Shown here: piece by piece, positions 60,501-64,000 of the stretch
How positions within the stretch are numbered: the stretch's first letter is position 1
How the letters are laid out: each line of letters opens with the position of its first letter
DNA from: Squalus acanthias
Taxonomy: Eukaryota
DNA: 64,000 nt
Assembly: GCA_030390025.1 (NCBI GenBank)
Contig: CM059432.1
Location: forward strand, 76,386,001-76,450,000
Direction of reading: 5' to 3'
Notes under the pieces: generated by a model
Database searches by the model: none
What the model was told of the DNA's origin: nothing
The model's input: the letters and a program-made list of their open reading frames with translations, nothing else
Made by a program: the position numbers and the translations under genes

Positions 60501-63500
60501 CTCCAGGCCAAAATAAAGATCAGTTGAGATTTTCAGTTAAGTCTGCATGACCTTTAATGCATGAAATATGTATCAGTATGCATACTGATCTGAACAAAAA
60601 TAATTTGTGTGATTGAAATATTGTTCACATTTTCCTGCCTCACATTAATAGAGTCTAGCTGTTCTCAGATGCCACAATGTTGGTTCTTATTTTTAAATTA
60701 GTCAACTAATACCTCAACTGTGAACTTTACACGAAACTCCCTAGCTCCTTAAGCATGACGTTGTAATCAGAGCTTTCTGATTGATACACTTGGTGAGCCA
60801 GTGAAGGGTTTCAAATAGCATGACACACTGCTCCCAATCCCTGATAATCAAAACGTGCTGTTGTCTCAAAAAATATTAGAGGCTTGACCTTACTGAAATG
60901 CAGCATCACATAGTGGAAGCTCGTGGAAAACAAAAACTCCCCATTTCACCTCTATGAAAATGAAACCATTTTTTACTGTTGTTTCAAACGAGGAAAAAGG
61001 GAGCAGTGGCATCATAGTGTCTCAAGTATTTGACAGAATGACTGAGTTCAATGATGCAGCTGACTCTTTATATCATTATACAGAGAGCCCCCATTAATAA
61101 CAATAGAGCCATAAAACCTCACCAACAATCAGATCTAATGACTGCTTCAATGGAAAGTGCATTTGCAGAATTAACAGTCACTACAGATTGTACAAAATGG
61201 AGCTGAGGCAGACAGCCTTGTTTACTTTTAAATATTCAAAATTATTCCAATAAAATCAAAGGGGATCAGTCAACACACTGAGTAGGAAGACTATACCAAC
61301 AATAATTATTGGATGGGCTTTAATGGCAAAAATGGAAAATGGCATTCTGATTATGATTCATTTCCATCATAAATGTAAGAACTAACAATGTGGAAAGAGA
61401 GACGCCCATTAAGCTGTTTTATATAATACCGTTAGTAAGCCATGGAAATTGCTATCAACAGTCTTGTAATGCTAATGCAGTTTTTTTCCCTCTTCCATAT
61501 CAGATTAAAAGGTAAATGTTTTGTACACAGCTACGTGGTTTGAGGGTTTACATATTTACATATATACTTTATGAATCTTGAATGGGAGTAACTGATGTAT
61601 CGGATTAGCACATCGATTCCTCATTCCAGGAAATACTTTTATTTGTTTATTCTTTTGTGGTTGGGGATTTGTTCATTTTTATTTAGGGAATATAATAAAT
61701 GCAGAAAATGAAGAGAGGATGATGACACATTAGAGTTTACTGCATGAATTGTGTTCCACCTAGTGTGACCTTCGTGCAATCTATTGTACAACATTAGTCA
61801 GAGACCCTTTCAACACAAATCCTTGCACTTTATAGGAAACAAGGCAGAAACAACACTGAACATTTCATCACTCATTATTGCTGTATAAAAATATTAATCA
61901 GGTAGAAAAGCTGGCACTCAGCTCAGAAAGCCAAACTATTGGTGTGTATATATATATATATACCAATCAATCAGTACATTAATAGAATACAGAATATTTT
62001 AAAGATAAAAATTAATTCATCATAATCAGTCAAGCTAGCAAATAAGTACTTGGAAAATAAAATCAGAATGCTTGATTCAAATTAGAAGGAAATTAAGAGG
62101 ATTAAAACATAATATGGAGTGGAGCTTTTATAAATGTAACAATGATCATTAGATTCAAATAGGTGTACCACAACATTTTCAAATGTACCAGCAGGGGTTA
62201 GAAATTACACAAACTCACATTCTAGTAGAATATGGTAGCTGAATTACTTGACAACATGCAGTGCATGTAGGCAAATACTTAATATGATTTTCCCACTAAA
62301 TTTCTCTTTGTGGCTGAATGCCTTTCTAAAACACTCTGCAGTAAGAAGTAACCTTATATATCCTTGATCATTGCTTGTATAGACGAGATCTATGCAGTAA
62401 TTAAAGATTCCAGCTCCCCAAAAAATAAGAGTAATTGTAGGAATATTTAGGCATTAGCCTGTTTACTTCAACTCATTTGTAAAAAATAAACAGTTCCAAA
62501 CAGTAAAGATTTTGTTATTTTCATCTTTTATTTGGTGCCTGAGAAAATGGAACTTAAAATGAACGATTGATGCTTGAGATGATAACAATAATGATGTAAA
62601 TCTCTGCGCTATTCAGTGTTTATGTAATTTAGATTTTCAATAGTTAGTGATGAAAGTAAATACTTTGGTATTTGTTTATCACTTCATAGCATCATTTTAA
62701 TTCTAATAGTGGTTTCGACCATGTTTATGAACTGACTACAATAATGGGAAATCCTGCAGCAAGTAATTAAGTCTCAAGAAGCAAATCTGCTTACTTTGAA
62801 ATGCAGTAGATAATCAAAATGCAGTTGCTCAAGTGTAAAATGCAGAATTTAATGATCCTATGTAATACAGATTACAGCTTTCATTTTAAAAACTAGTAAT
62901 GCAGAAGAACAAAGCTGTGGTCCACATTGTTAGGTTTGTGTATGAAGACCCTCTTCAATTGCATTCCAGAAATTCACAAATATCAGTAGCTCCCCATAAC
63001 CATCATTTTTTGTTTGTTTATCAGCAATATTATAGTAAGTATTTCTCCACATGTATTTATTATACATGGATTCACTTTGCTCTAAAAAAAACAATGGTGC
63101 TTTGGGATGTTGCAATACTAAGAATAACTAGAGTTGGCATTAACCAAGCAAGCTCCATTTGGTACAAAGACTGTGACCTAAATATACTGCAGATCATGTT
63201 GTCAAACACAGACACATGTGCTAGGAGTGAATGTGCATCTGAGAGTGTGTACACATAAAAATGAGACATGGGGTAAGAAACTGATGTAGAGAAAATGATA
63301 CAGAAACAAAGATAAAGTGATACATTAGTTGTAAACAAGCTGTTCGGAAAATTATGTGGAAGTATGTCTACATGGGAATAAAATCCATTTCTAAAACTAT
63401 AACATTTTACTCTGAAAGCTGTCATAGAACAGTTTTATGCCCAGTGGAAAGCTAGCCAAAGAATAACTGCATCTGCATACAGAGAAACTCTTTGCATGCT

Positions 63501-64000
63501 CCAATCTGGAGATGACAGTGCTACTTAAACAATATTGAAACTGAATAGCCATCATCTTTTATTCAGTGGCTATGAGGTAGAGAAGCTGAAAGGCTTAAAA
63601 TACATTAATGGTCATTTAACACTTTAGAACTCCATTTTACTATTCAAAACCAAAATAGATAGATAGTATAATTTTATTTTTATTTTAGTTCTGTGCACTT
63701 TATAATTTTACTTTAAAATATTAAGCTGTAGATATTTACTGAAGATTCTTGTTTCTAATATTATTTAATTGAATAGATACATGTATATTAAAAACTCAAC
63801 TACTCAGTGCTGACAATGATTTGATATTTTTGGGTCTTCTTAAAGGGATGTTATGAGTTTAAGTAAAGTGTGCTAATCTGGGACATGGTAGCAAGTTGGT
63901 GGCTCTGAATTCCCTTTAAAGCAGCAGATACGCTAATTGAAAACAGGCCTTTGGTTCCCAGTCACTAAATGTAAAAGTGGTTGGTAAATTTCCTGACAGA

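Noticed and set aside
62899..63425. 119-aa and 117-aa ORFs
   Set aside because: AT-rich composition, no motifs and no splice support; consistent with random ORFs.

Overview
Eukaryotic, repeat-rich genomic DNA with no supportable host protein-coding exon. The repeat content (CR1 and L2 LINEs, a Deu-domain SINE) points to a vertebrate, most likely a cartilaginous fish (inference). Main contents: (i) a cluster of PIF/Harbinger DNA transposons, with three near-full-length decayed two-gene copies (HARBI1-type DDE transposase plus a convergent 3-exon Myb/SANT gene) and several deleted or MITE derivatives; (ii) one intact, very young Ty3/Gypsy LTR retrotransposon (31772-36191; identical 183-bp LTRs, GTAGG target-site duplication, single 1318-aa gag-pol ORF) nested in a Harbinger; (iii) two CR1 copies, a second LINE family with a tRNA-like head, three L2 remnants and SINEs; (iv) AT-rich, TE-poor stretches, especially 57.6-64 kb. 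The most interesting signal is that the Gypsy element has no tRNA primer-binding site. Instead, the 12 nt just after its 5' LTR are exactly complementary to a 12-mer inside its own LTR that overlaps the ATTAAA poly(A) signal, suggesting self-priming and/or poly(A)-site masking. Other highlights are a LINE with a Pol III-type head and no ORF1, a ~3.5-kb inversion revealed by a split CR1, and a shared CRE-TATA promoter module across Harbinger subfamilies.
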